A stretch of 60,293 bases of DNA from a virus (IMGVR_UViG_3300044796_000664:1-60293); one strand, 5' to 3'. Numbered from the stretch's first letter, positions 19,677 to 28,583 are shown. Translations and numbers: made by a program. The notes: a model not told the origin generated them from the letters alone.

Positions 19677-20562
19677 CAGCCGACAGCCCCCGTGATGGCC
19701 GGCGGCGTGAACGGCTGGCCGCGGAAGTGGATCAGGTTCGATTGCGCCAGGCAGTCGGCCATGGTGAGCAGGCACCCCCGCACGGCGTGGAAGCTGTCGC
19801 CGTTGGCCGGCGCGAAGGGCAGCGGGAAGGCCACGGTGATCGCGCCGGAGGCGTTGAGATAGCTCGCCACCGCCCGGCTGAGACCTGAGTTGTTCCCGGA
19901 GGTGAAGGTGATCGTGCCCTTGTCGAAATAGTGGTCGGCGTTGGTCAGGCTGGTGTGGAAGCCCAGCGTGGTCGCGCCGGCCGAGACCGTGCCCGAGACG
20001 TTGCTGGGCGAGAGGCCGCAGGCGCCGTCATAGTGGCTGTTGAGGCAGCCGGCCTGGAACACGTCCGGCCCCATGTTCACGTTCAGCAGCACCGTCCAGG
20101 CGCTCACGGTCATGGTGAAGCCGGAGCGTGACACGTCCTTGAGCGAGGTCACCCGGCCAGAGAAGGCGATCACCGCCCCGACAATGGTGTAGGGCAGCGC
20201 CCAGCTCGCCAGGAAGGCGCGGTAGAGCTTGACGGTGGCCCCATCGAACCCACGCCCCTGAGCGAACGGGATCAGCGCCGCGCCGTTGATCAGATCGGCG
20301 CTGTTCGCCGCGATGCGGACATCGAGCGTCGCGACTTCGACGCCGAGCTTGGTGCTGATCTTGCCGCGCTCGATGCCGGGCCCGGCCAGATAGGTGTTCC
20401 CGTTGAACGTCAGCGGGGCGCTCATGCCCGCGCCGTGCCAGCGCACCACCGTGCCGCCGTTGAGCGTGATCTCCCACAGATCGGCCATCTGGAAGTCCGC
20501 GCCGCCGTTGAGCAGGGCGAGCGTCGCGCCGGGCGTGCCGTTGTCGATCGGCGTCTTGCTCA
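19676..20562 (-). CDS. Baseplate hub protein (DUF2163/BR0599-like)
   Basis: C-terminal CLNSHYDGAC...GCLLTMADC...N...FRGQPF. Confidence 0.85.
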
Positions 20563-21225
20563 TGGACGGATGCTCGTGAACTTGAGCGACTTGCCCGACC
20601 ACAACAGCTGCACGATCTGATCGAAGGTCAGGTCGTCCTGCAGGAAGCGGCAGCCGAAGTAGAAATAGCCGTACCAGGTCAGCGCATGGCCGCTGGTGGG
20701 CGCGGTGGTGAAGGTCAGCAGGCCGTTGGGCGCGATGGTGTATGCCCCGGCCGCCCCGCCGTTGTCCCGGATCGTCGGGCTATAGACGTCGTACACCGGC
20801 TCGGAGAAGCTGTTCATCTGGCGAGCAAGCTGGAAGGTCTTGGTCGAGCCGTCGCCGGTTCCAAAGCTGGCCGGCGCCGAGGAGAGCACCTGGCAGTCGG
20901 ATGGATCGACGAACAGGAAGGGCGCGAACTGGCCCTGCAGGACGTTGAAGAACTCCCACATGGTGGCGAGTTCGGCGGTCGTGGGCTGGTGGCGGATCAC
21001 CGCGTACTTGAGCTCGAACTGCCACAGGGGCGACGGCCAATAGGCGGTGCGCCGCTCGCGGCCCGAGGCCATGCGCTTGACCTCCGTCGACCACAGCGGG
21101 GCCTTGCTGACCTCCGGCGTCTGCCCCGGCAGGAAGGGCAACACCGGCAGGCCTTGCGTGCCGCTCCAGATGCCCGAGGGCAGCGACGAGAGGGCCGCAG
21201 GCGGGACGTAGGGGGTGATCGCCAA
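20560..21225 (-). CDS. Distal tail protein (DUF2460-like)
   Basis: SGRERR, FFNVLQGQ..PFLF.DP, GDGSTKTFQL, CRF..D. Confidence 0.85.
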   Translation of the reverse strand: MAITPYVPPAALSSLPSGIWSGTQGLPVLPFLPGQTPEVSKAPLWSTEVKRMASGRERRTAYWPSPLWQFELKYAVIRHQPTTAELATMWEFFNVLQGQFAPFLFVDPSDCQVLSSAPASFGTGDGSTKTFQLARQMNSFSEPVYDVYSPTIRDNGGAAGAYTIAPNGLLTFTTAPTSGHALTWYGYFYFGCRFLQDDLTFDQIVQLLWSGKSLKFTSIRP

Positions 21226-21290
21226 GGCTCGCTCCCTTCACATTGCCGGGCTGTGGGCGCATCTTCCGTTCTCTCAACCGGAGGATAGCG

Positions 21291-21668
21291 ATGCGGGTAC
21301 TGATCGGATGCGTGTTGGCGCTGGCGATGGCGACGGGGGCGATCGCCAAGACCGTGACCGCCGATGATGTCGCTCAGTTCAAGGTTGGCGTCGCCACGCC
21401 GGATGATGTGATCAGCAAACTCGGCAAACCGATGTCGATGACAACGATGTCAAATGGATATGAATCGGTGGCCTATACTTCAATACACGCGAGGCCCAAG
21501 ATGACGAGCTTCATTCCCGTCGTCGGACTGTTCGCCGGCGGCGCCACCGGCGAGACCAGTGTCGTGGTCTTCGTCTTTGGCCCCGATCATCTGCTCATGA
21601 ACGCCACCACCAACAGCACGAACGTCGACTGTTCGACGCATTTCGTCGCGGTCAGCTGCGGTCACTAG
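21291..21668 (+). CDS. Exported SmpA/BamE-like small protein (moron, possible superinfection exclusion)
   Basis: Signal peptide; FKVGVATPDDVISKLGKP, FIPVVGLFAGG; antisense to the tail operon with its own GGAGGA RBS. Confidence 0.75.
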   Translation: MRVLIGCVLALAMATGAIAKTVTADDVAQFKVGVATPDDVISKLGKPMSMTTMSNGYESVAYTSIHARPKMTSFIPVVGLFAGGATGETSVVVFVFGPDHLLMNATTNSTNVDCSTHFVAVSCGH

Positions 21669-21694
21669 GCGTTGGCGATCGACAAGGCGGCTTC

Positions 21695-24388
21695 TCAGCC
21701 CGCCCTGAACGGGCTGGCTTCATTCGAGCGCCAGCCGCCCCGCGCCGCCGCATGAACGGCGTTCGCCACATGGGTGGCGTGGTCCTTCAACGCCTTCCTG
21801 AACTCGGCGGGCGACATTCCAGAGGGCCCTCCATGGACGTTGAAGTCGCCGAAGTTGAAGACGTGGCCACCGCCGCCGCCGGAGCCGAAGCCACCTCCCC
21901 GAGCAGCGAGAGCCATCAGATCCCGATTATCGCCGGCGGGGATGACCCGCTCGCCCGCGTGGATCTGGGCGATCATGTCATTGGGGACGTAGTTCGTGCC
22001 GACGTCGAGTGAGGCCAAGGCCCCATAGGCCAGCGCCGCCTCCGACATGGCCGCGCCGAAGGCGGGCGCGCCCAGGTCCAACGGGAAAGGCGCGGCTGCC
22101 ATTGATGCTACCCCTCCAGCGCCGGCAAGCCCCGCCATGGTCGATACCTGGGTGATCGCCAGGGCTTTCTGAGTGGCCGCCGCCGTCGCCGAGGCGGTCG
22201 CGTCGCTCGCCACCTTCTGCGTATTGAACAGCGCATGGATGGAAGCCATCACGGTGTGTTCCATCAGCCATTTCGACACCATCCCCGCGACGGTGTTGAC
22301 GAAGCTGCCGAGCATCTTCTGCCCGATTCCCGCCATGACCTGACCGAAGTTCTTGGCTCCCTCGGCCATCTGAAGCAGTCCCTGGCCGAAGTCCTGCACC
22401 AAGGGCGTGATGGTCTTGTCCCACTGCGCCTTGACCTGCTGAGCGGCCTGCTGTTCGGCGCTGAGGATTTTCTTGTCCGCCGCGGCGTTGGCCGCGACCT
22501 TGGCCGCCTCCATCTGGGCGAAGGCGTCTGTTTCGTCCTTAAGGGCGGCGTTGATTTGGGCGGCCGTGGCCTCTCCGGAACTGATGATCTTTCGATCGGC
22601 CAGGGTCCGGTCGGCATAGATCTGGTCCGCCGCCTCGATGGCGGCCTGGCGCTCCTGTTCGTAGAGCGCCTTCTTCTGGACGAACGCCTGCCGGGCGCTG
22701 ATCACCCCTTCCTTTTCCGCCCGATCGACGGCGGCGACCTGTTCCTCGAGCGAGTCCTGCCTAGCCTTGGCCGCGGTTTCGTCCGCCTTCACCGCGGCAT
22801 CGGACGTGCGCTTGTAGCCGGCAAAGAGGTCGTTGAAGAATGCTTGCGCGGCCCTCCGGCCGTCCGCCAGGAACTTGTCGAAGCCGGCGAGGGCCTTGTC
22901 GCTCCCGCCCAGACTCAGGCCGCCGCCGGCGCCGGAACCAGCGCCTTTCTTGCCCGCATCGGCGCCGGTCGTGCCGGTCCCTTCCTTAGGCAGGGGCGCG
23001 CCCTGAGCTTGGCTCCAGAGCTTCTTTTCCCATGCCAGATAGGCGCTGGCGTCACTGTCGGCCGACAGCCATTCATCCTGGCCCTGCTTCCAGGCCGCCG
23101 CCGCGTCCGCGCCCATCCGCTTGGCGGTGTCCACCACATCGGCCGCGACCCGCTGCGCGCCGGACGTGATGTCGCCCTCGATGGCTCCCCAATTCAGCGT
23201 AAGCGCGTCCCTGGTCACGTCGCCGAAGGTCCTGAAGGCGTCTCCCATCGTCTTGCAGCCGCCGACGACGAGATCGATCAGCGGATCCAGTACGGCATTA
23301 ACCCCCCAGATCGCGCCGTCGATCGTCTTGAACACGAAGTCGACGATCAGCCCGAGGAAGGCGAACAAGTCGGCCAGCGCCTTCACGGCCGTGCCGAGGG
23401 CGTCCATCTGATCCTTGGCCGCGCCGCCCTCCTTGTAGGACTGCACGAAGGCCCCGGTCATGTCGTTGAGGCCAGAGGTGACGTCCTTGAAGGCCGGCGC
23501 CAGGGTGTCCGTCAGGACGTTCCCCAGGCCCATCATGGCGACCTTGTTTTCCTTCTGAGCCTCCGCCAGCGCGATCCCTTTGGACGCGGCCTCCTGGTTG
23601 ACCGCGCCGTACTTTTCGATCTCGTCGTTGGCCTCGGCGATCTGCTCCTTGGTCAGGCCCAGCAGCGGGCCGATTTCCTGGATATTGCGGCCGAACATGG
23701 CCATCGCGGCGGCGATCTTGGCGGGCCCGGCCTCCATGTTCGCCAAGCCCGCAAGGGCCGCACTCAGCAGCTGCGTCTGCGTATAGGCGCCATTGACGTC
23801 GATTCCGGCGGCCTTGAAGGCGTTGGCCGCCTGGGCGCTTCCTTGCTTGGCCGCCGCGAAGCTACGGTCGACCCGCATCATGGCGGTCGATAGCGCATCC
23901 CCAGACACGCCGAACAGGGTGGCCTGGGCGTTCATCTTCTGGACTTCGCCGACGGTCAGCCCGAAGGTCTCGGCGGTCTTGAGCGACTTTTCCGCCGTTT
24001 CGCCCAGTTTGGACGCAAACTCGGCCAGTTCCCTGACCGCGAAGGCCGCGGCAATGGCCTGGCCAAGACCGGCGACGCTCTCGCGCAGGGCGCTGATCTG
24101 CTCGACGTCAGCCTTGAGTCCGGCGAACGGCGAGCTGCCCTTGCTGTCCGCCGCCAGCTTCTTCATCTCGACGTCGAGCGCGGCGATCTGGGCGCGAGCC
24201 TTGACCGTCGCCTCGGCGGCCTTCTGCATTTCCGCGCGCAGTTCGTCGGTCATGCCGCTGGTGCGGGCGGTCTTGGCGAAGCTGTTCAGATCCGCCGTGG
24301 CGGCCTTCAACTCCGACGACAGGACGGCGCGCTTCGACACCAGGTCGGCGACGTCGGCGGTGATGCTGACCGAGATCGAGTTCGCCAT
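21695..24388 (-). CDS. Tape measure protein
   Basis: 897-aa Ala-rich helical protein; C-terminal GTNYVPNDMIAQIHAGERVIP; position. Confidence 0.9.
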   Translation of the reverse strand: MANSISVSITADVADLVSKRAVLSSELKAATADLNSFAKTARTSGMTDELRAEMQKAAEATVKARAQIAALDVEMKKLAADSKGSSPFAGLKADVEQISALRESVAGLGQAIAAAFAVRELAEFASKLGETAEKSLKTAETFGLTVGEVQKMNAQATLFGVSGDALSTAMMRVDRSFAAAKQGSAQAANAFKAAGIDVNGAYTQTQLLSAALAGLANMEAGPAKIAAAMAMFGRNIQEIGPLLGLTKEQIAEANDEIEKYGAVNQEAASKGIALAEAQKENKVAMMGLGNVLTDTLAPAFKDVTSGLNDMTGAFVQSYKEGGAAKDQMDALGTAVKALADLFAFLGLIVDFVFKTIDGAIWGVNAVLDPLIDLVVGGCKTMGDAFRTFGDVTRDALTLNWGAIEGDITSGAQRVAADVVDTAKRMGADAAAAWKQGQDEWLSADSDASAYLAWEKKLWSQAQGAPLPKEGTGTTGADAGKKGAGSGAGGGLSLGGSDKALAGFDKFLADGRRAAQAFFNDLFAGYKRTSDAAVKADETAAKARQDSLEEQVAAVDRAEKEGVISARQAFVQKKALYEQERQAAIEAADQIYADRTLADRKIISSGEATAAQINAALKDETDAFAQMEAAKVAANAAADKKILSAEQQAAQQVKAQWDKTITPLVQDFGQGLLQMAEGAKNFGQVMAGIGQKMLGSFVNTVAGMVSKWLMEHTVMASIHALFNTQKVASDATASATAAATQKALAITQVSTMAGLAGAGGVASMAAAPFPLDLGAPAFGAAMSEAALAYGALASLDVGTNYVPNDMIAQIHAGERVIPAGDNRDLMALAARGGGFGSGGGGGHVFNFGDFNVHGGPSGMSPAEFRKALKDHATHVANAVHAAARGGWRSNEASPFRAG

Positions 24389-24406
24389 TCTCGGCTCCTA
24401 AAGTGT

Positions 24407-24432
24407 GAAGGGCGGCCCGAAGACCGCCCTTC
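24407..24432 (-). terminator. Hairpin closing the pentamer array transcript
   Basis: GAAGGGCGG-TCTTCGGG-CCGCCCTTC. Confidence 0.65.
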
Positions 24433-24434
24433 TT

Positions 24435-24572
24435 CAGCCTAGCGCTGCCGCGCCACGCCTCGCCGCGCCGTGCCATGACGAGCCATGGCCTGCCATGCGT
24501 TGCCTTGCCTGCCGCACCTGGCCTGGCCTCGCGCCGCCGTGCCAAGCCATGCCTTGTCTTGCCTCGCCTGCC
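24435..24572 (-). ncRNA. Putative guide-RNA array: two GGCA-initiated runs of 11 and 15 GGC-NN pentamers
   Basis: Strict 5-nt periodicity over 138 nt (4+55+4+75); flanked by hairpins; directly downstream of the RAMP operon. Confidence 0.8.
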
Positions 24573-24602
24573 ATGTTTTTCCCGGTTGAGGACGGGAAGA
24601 GC

Positions 24603-25085
24603 CTAGTCGGCGGCCTCAGGAGGGCCTTGGTCGATCATCGAGAAGACGCGACCGAGCTCGACTAGCTCCGCGTGACGTTGCCGCCACGCCTCCAACTCGG
24701 CCCAGGCCCTGGCGATGACCTGGCGCCGAAGTTCAATGCTGCTCATGGCGGTGGCGACCGAGGCGTATCCCCGCTCGCCGCCGCTCTCAACGCTGACATA
24801 GGCCCGGATCGGCTTGGCCGGCTCGACGTTCGAGCGGCTGATGTCGATGGTCAGGCTGCGGACCAGTTCGCGGGCCTGATCCTTGCGGTACTCGCCGGCG
24901 GCGACGGAATCGTCCCATTCGAAGTGACCGTGCAGCGCCGACGCCGCGTTCTTCGCGGACACCACGATCGTCTCGGGCTCCAGCAGCCCGTTGTGCCGCT
25001 TCTCCAGCCGCGCAAGCGCCTCGCCGGCCTTCTGAGCGTCTAGCTCGACCCGCGAGCCGGGACGCCAGCCATATCTCACCGGCAT
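24603..25085 (-). CDS. RAMP-associated partner protein (160 aa)
   Basis: LHGHFEWDDSVAAGEYRKDQARELVRS; overlaps the RAMP gene end. Confidence 0.8.
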   Translation of the reverse strand: MPVRYGWRPGSRVELDAQKAGEALARLEKRHNGLLEPETIVVSAKNAASALHGHFEWDDSVAAGEYRKDQARELVRSLTIDISRSNVEPAKPIRAYVSVESGGERGYASVATAMSSIELRRQVIARAWAELEAWRQRHAELVELGRVFSMIDQGPPEAAD

Positions 25086-25723
25086 GGCATCGCCTCCCCG
25101 GTGCGGGCGACGTGGAAGCGACCGGAGACACCGTCCTTTTCGGGCCTCCATTCGCCGACGCCGACGCCGAAGCCGCCGGCCTCGAACAGGCTCAGCACCT
25201 GCTCGGCGGAAAGGACGTTGGCGTTGAACTGCACCCGGAGGATCGCGCCCCAGGGCTTGAACTCGCCGCGGTGGCGGATGTCCGCCGTCCCCATGCCAAC
25301 GCGAACCATGTCCTCGCGCATCGCCGGCGGCGGACCGAGGATTTCGACCATCTCGTCGGCGATGTGGAAGCACTGGCGCGCCAGGACCTTAGTCAGGCTG
25401 CCGATGGTGGTGACAGCGGTGATTGCCGAAGCCTTGAACGCCACGGCCGGGAAGCCGAAGCGGCCGTTCTCGACGTCGTCCTCCGTCGGCCTGTCGGGCA
25501 GACCGTCGAGCCAGTAGAGGCTTTCGCAGAAGTCCTGCCACGGGTCCTTGGCGGTCTTACCGGCCGTGGCCTTCTTCATCTGTTTGGCTAGCATCTGCTC
25601 GCGCGCCTTGCGGCTCCAGGCGTGAACGATAAGGGGACCATCGCCGATGATCGGAACCTCGACCGTCTGGATATTCAGCGGCGGAAGCTCAATGGATGTG
25701 GTGGCGGATTTCGCGGCCATCAC
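25076..25723 (-). CDS. Stand-alone Cas7-like RAMP-superfamily protein
   Basis: beta1 VEVPIIGDGPLIVH; FGFPAVAFKASA resembles the Cas7/Csm3 iPgsslKG motif; C-terminal Gly-loop GGFGVGVGEWRPEKDGVSGRF. Confidence 0.75.
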   Translation of the reverse strand: MMAAKSATTSIELPPLNIQTVEVPIIGDGPLIVHAWSRKAREQMLAKQMKKATAGKTAKDPWQDFCESLYWLDGLPDRPTEDDVENGRFGFPAVAFKASAITAVTTIGSLTKVLARQCFHIADEMVEILGPPPAMREDMVRVGMGTADIRHRGEFKPWGAILRVQFNANVLSAEQVLSLFEAGGFGVGVGEWRPEKDGVSGRFHVARTGEAMPCR

Positions 25724-26178
25724 CCCGTCACTCCGAGCCGGCGGCGCGCCTCAGGCCACTCGTCCGGCATGCGTCGCCAGTCGGCGCCGAGTTCGCTTGC
25801 CGGAACGCCGGTGGACTGCTCGAGCAACTCCAGCATCGCGCTGGTTACCCGCGCATAGCGGCGGCGTTGGCGACCGTATTCGGGCTCGTCGGGCTCGAGC
25901 TGGCACAGGTCGTCGGCGATGCCCGAAAGCACGATCACCCCGACCATGATCCCCACCAGGCTCTTCGGCGTCGAGAATGAAATCGTCTCATCGATGGCGC
26001 GCAGACGGTCAACAATCTCGTTTTCCACCCGACGGAGGCGGAGGTACTCGTTGCTATCCTCTCTGAGCGATCGACGGGCCAATTCGATCTCGTTTTGCGC
26101 GCGGTCGACGGCGGAATACTCATGGCCGGCTTTTTCAAACGGACAGTCGGCGCTAGACTGCGGGGCAGCTTCGGCCAT
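25720..26178 (-). CDS. Hypothetical protein, first gene of the RAMP cassette
   Basis: AAGGAG RBS; 152 aa; GTGA overlap with the RAMP gene. Confidence 0.65.
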   Translation of the reverse strand: MAEAAPQSSADCPFEKAGHEYSAVDRAQNEIELARRSLREDSNEYLRLRRVENEIVDRLRAIDETISFSTPKSLVGIMVGVIVLSGIADDLCQLEPDEPEYGRQRRRYARVTSAMLELLEQSTGVPASELGADWRRMPDEWPEARRRLGVTG

Positions 26179-26249
26179 TGCGATCTCCTTGGGATCGTGG
26201 GTCTGAGTTAGGGGCGGTTGAGCGTTCCAGCGCTCTTCCGCCCTGTTTT

Positions 26250-26279
26250 GTCGTACACGAATGCGTTGCTGCCTGTCAA
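26250..26279 (-). promoter_or_regulatory. Putative sigma70 promoter of the RAMP cassette
   Basis: TTGACA-N18-TACGAC on the minus strand, back to back with the RHH gene. Confidence 0.45.
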
Positions 26280-26300
26280 CTCCCGTGTTACAGGAAAGTG

Positions 26301-26471
26301 ATGAAACGCCCCAGACCCGTGAAGCTCGCCCAGTTGGTCCAGCTCCGACTGACCGAAGAGATGGCGTCGGCGATTGACGACTGGCGGCGGACGCAAGCCG
26401 ACCTTCCCACGCGCTCAGAGGCGATCCGGCGTCTTTTGGCAGATGCACTTTCGCAGGCGCTTGGCAATTAG
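26301..26471 (+). CDS. Ribbon-helix-helix (CopG/Arc-like) regulator
   Basis: VQLRLTEEMASAIDDWRR...PTRSEAIRRLL. Confidence 0.8.
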   Translation: MKRPRPVKLAQLVQLRLTEEMASAIDDWRRTQADLPTRSEAIRRLLADALSQALGN

Positions 26472-26513
26472 GCCACCGCCGCCTGGGCGCCATCAACAGG
26501 CGCGCCGGCCTCC

Positions 26514-26807
26514 TCAATCCGTCACGTCGGGCAGCGGGCTTTCCCAGATCCCCTCTTCGGCCCCGGCGGCGCCGCGAACGGCGTTCGCGCTCATGGGCGG
26601 CGACCACCACTCCCGGGCGGCGAAATAGCTCGCCAGGAACCGGTCGGCCGGAGGCTCCTCGATGAGCTGGCGCTCCATTTCCGCGTGGAGCGCCCAGGTG
26701 AGGCTGCTCCACCAGTAATCCCGCGTGTGGCCGAAGTACCGGCAGGCGCGCAGGACAATCCCTTCCCAGTTGGGTTCGGGGCCTAGGCCGCCCCCGCGGC
26801 CTCCCCC
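26514..26807 (-). CDS. Tail assembly chaperone -1 frameshift extension (gpGT-like)
   Basis: Open -1 frame (PNWEGIVLRACRYFGHT...DVTD) after slippery G GGG GAG at 26801-26807. Confidence 0.65.
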   Translation of the reverse strand, partial: GGGRGGGLGPEPNWEGIVLRACRYFGHTRDYWWSSLTWALHAEMERQLIEEPPADRFLASYFAAREWWSPPMSANAVRGAAGAEEGIWESPLPDVTD

Positions 26808-27238
26808 GACGGATCGGCCTCGCCGGCGCCGTCGTTGATGAAGACGAACAAACCGGACTGGCGGCGAACCACCAGCCAGGCCGTCTGGCGTTCAGTCTCC
26901 GTCGTGCGCCAGGACTCGAATTCCTCTCGGCTCAGGGACGGATGAGCCGCCGACAGCGCGACGAACAGCACCTCCATCACCAGCCGATCGCAATCCTCGT
27001 TTGACAGGGCGTTGAAGACCTCGGCCATCGCGCCGAGGTGCCGGGTCCAGCGCGCGACGACGTCTTCGCCCTCGACCACGTCCAGGGCGGCGATGGCCGT
27101 GCTGAGGCGGCCGTTCAACTCGATCAACTGACCGCGGCACTTGCGCAGGTCGCGCCAGACCAGCTCCGGAATCGGCCATTCCTTGCCGGCCAGGACGGCG
27201 CGGGGAACTTCCGGATCGAGAGAGGCGGGTTCAGTCAT
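26783..27238 (-). CDS. Tail assembly chaperone (gpG-like)
   Basis: Between major tail protein and TMP; ends at a slippery site. Confidence 0.75.
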   Translation of the reverse strand: MTEPASLDPEVPRAVLAGKEWPIPELVWRDLRKCRGQLIELNGRLSTAIAALDVVEGEDVVARWTRHLGAMAEVFNALSNEDCDRLVMEVLFVALSAAHPSLSREEFESWRTTETERQTAWLVVRRQSGLFVFINDGAGEADPSGEAAGAA

Positions 27239-27287
27239 TGGATTCTCCCTCTTGCGCTACCGGGCTATCGCCCTTGTTCAGCGCGGG

Positions 27288-27668
27288 TCATCGGTGGGCG
27301 TTCGCCAGGCGGTGGGCGGCCCCTTCGATCATTTCGGGATGGTCTAGGGCCTGGGTGGTGATCTTCAGGATCAGGTCGGTGGACAGGTCCAGATCACCGA
27401 TCCGGCCCAGGACGGCGAGCAGGTCGATTCGGTACAGGCGCATGGTGCGAACATCGTCGCAGGGCACCGGCGGCTGGCGACGCAGCACCAGGTGCTGGGT
27501 GATCTTCTTGGCCACGAAGCGCCGCGCTTGGTCGATCTCCAGCTGCGACAGCTGGAGATCGGCCCCGATCTGCTCGGCGTGCACGCCGTTGGCGAGGTTC
27601 TGGAACACCAGGCGCCGGGTGCGCCCCACGATGCGGCGTTCTTCTTCGGTCATCAGCTGCTCATTCAA
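27288..27668 (-). CDS. Hypothetical protein (possible HTH)
   Basis: LANGVHAEQIGADLQLSQLEI resembles an HTH. Confidence 0.6.
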   Translation of the reverse strand: MNEQLMTEEERRIVGRTRRLVFQNLANGVHAEQIGADLQLSQLEIDQARRFVAKKITQHLVLRRQPPVPCDDVRTMRLYRIDLLAVLGRIGDLDLSTDLILKITTQALDHPEMIEGAAHRLANAHR

Positions 27669-27732
27669 CGATCAACAGCGCTGGCCCCGGAGAGCCGCCT
27701 GGGCGGCTTCCGGGGCGGCGGCTTGGGCGCGC

Positions 27733-28497
27733 TTACGCGGACTCGGCGAAGCTGGCCACGCCCAGGACGTTGCTGCCGTTGACGCCGGCGGTGTAGTCCA
27801 GCGAGGTCGAACCGAAGGCGCTCTGCTTGGCCGAGAGCGCGGCCGAGGAGGCGATGCAGCTGTACAGCACGATCATGTCCTGCTCGCTCGCCCAGGGGAA
27901 CACATGCACGGCCTGGAAGTTGCCGGTGTTGCCCTGCAGCGCGTTGGTCAGGGAGATGGTCTCGCCCGTGGCCGCCACCGTGTAGGCATAGGAGATGGAG
28001 ACCGAGGCGCCCGAGTCGGAGGCGTTGAAGGTGTAGACGCCGGTCGTGGTGTTGAGCGAGTAGGACTTGCCCGCGACCTCCGAGGCGGCGGCGACGCAGG
28101 TCATGAGCTGGCCGGTCGTGGTGTTCTTCACGCCGAGATCGAACAGGAAGGTGCTGTGATTGGCCACGCTGACGGTGAAGGGGCTGCTGGTGGCGACCGT
28201 GCCGGCCTCGTTGTCCGATTCGGCGTAGGAGCCGGACGCGCTGGTGGCGCCGAACAAGATGTCGGCGAACAGGCGCGCGTTGGACTTGGAATATTCGACC
28301 TTGCCGGTCACCTCCATCGAGCCGGCGGCGACCGCCACGGCCAGCTGGTTCTCGCCAAACAGGCTTTCGACCTTCCGCTTGACGTCGATCGCCTGGCTCT
28401 GTGGCACGATGGCCCGGGCCGGGGTCGGATTGGTGTAGTTGCCGGTCATGAAGACGCGGCCAGCGCCGAAGGTCGGCTTGCCGTTGAGGACGGTCAT
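27733..28497 (-). CDS. Major tail (tube) protein
   Basis: TFGAGRVF, ESLFGENQLAVAVAAG; position. Confidence 0.8.
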   Translation of the reverse strand: MTVLNGKPTFGAGRVFMTGNYTNPTPARAIVPQSQAIDVKRKVESLFGENQLAVAVAAGSMEVTGKVEYSKSNARLFADILFGATSASGSYAESDNEAGTVATSSPFTVSVANHSTFLFDLGVKNTTTGQLMTCVAAASEVAGKSYSLNTTTGVYTFNASDSGASVSISYAYTVAATGETISLTNALQGNTGNFQAVHVFPWASEQDMIVLYSCIASSAALSAKQSAFGSTSLDYTAGVNGSNVLGVASFAESA

Positions 28498-28583
28498 GGG
28501 GAGGCTCCTTGTTGCTGGCCGCTAACGCTCCCCCGGCTCGCGCCAAGGTCGCCGCTAGAGCGCGGGCCGGTTTGTGGTGGGGA

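Noticed and set aside
19224-21225. Gene transfer agent cluster
   Set aside because: GTA-like tail-tip genes sit within a full prophage with integrase, repressor and replication genes
24435-24572. Canonical CRISPR array, or the coding ORFs 24108-24545 / 24405-24665
   Set aside because: No 25-40 bp repeats with spacers; the ORFs are low-complexity by-products of the 5-nt periodicity and one overlaps the TMP start
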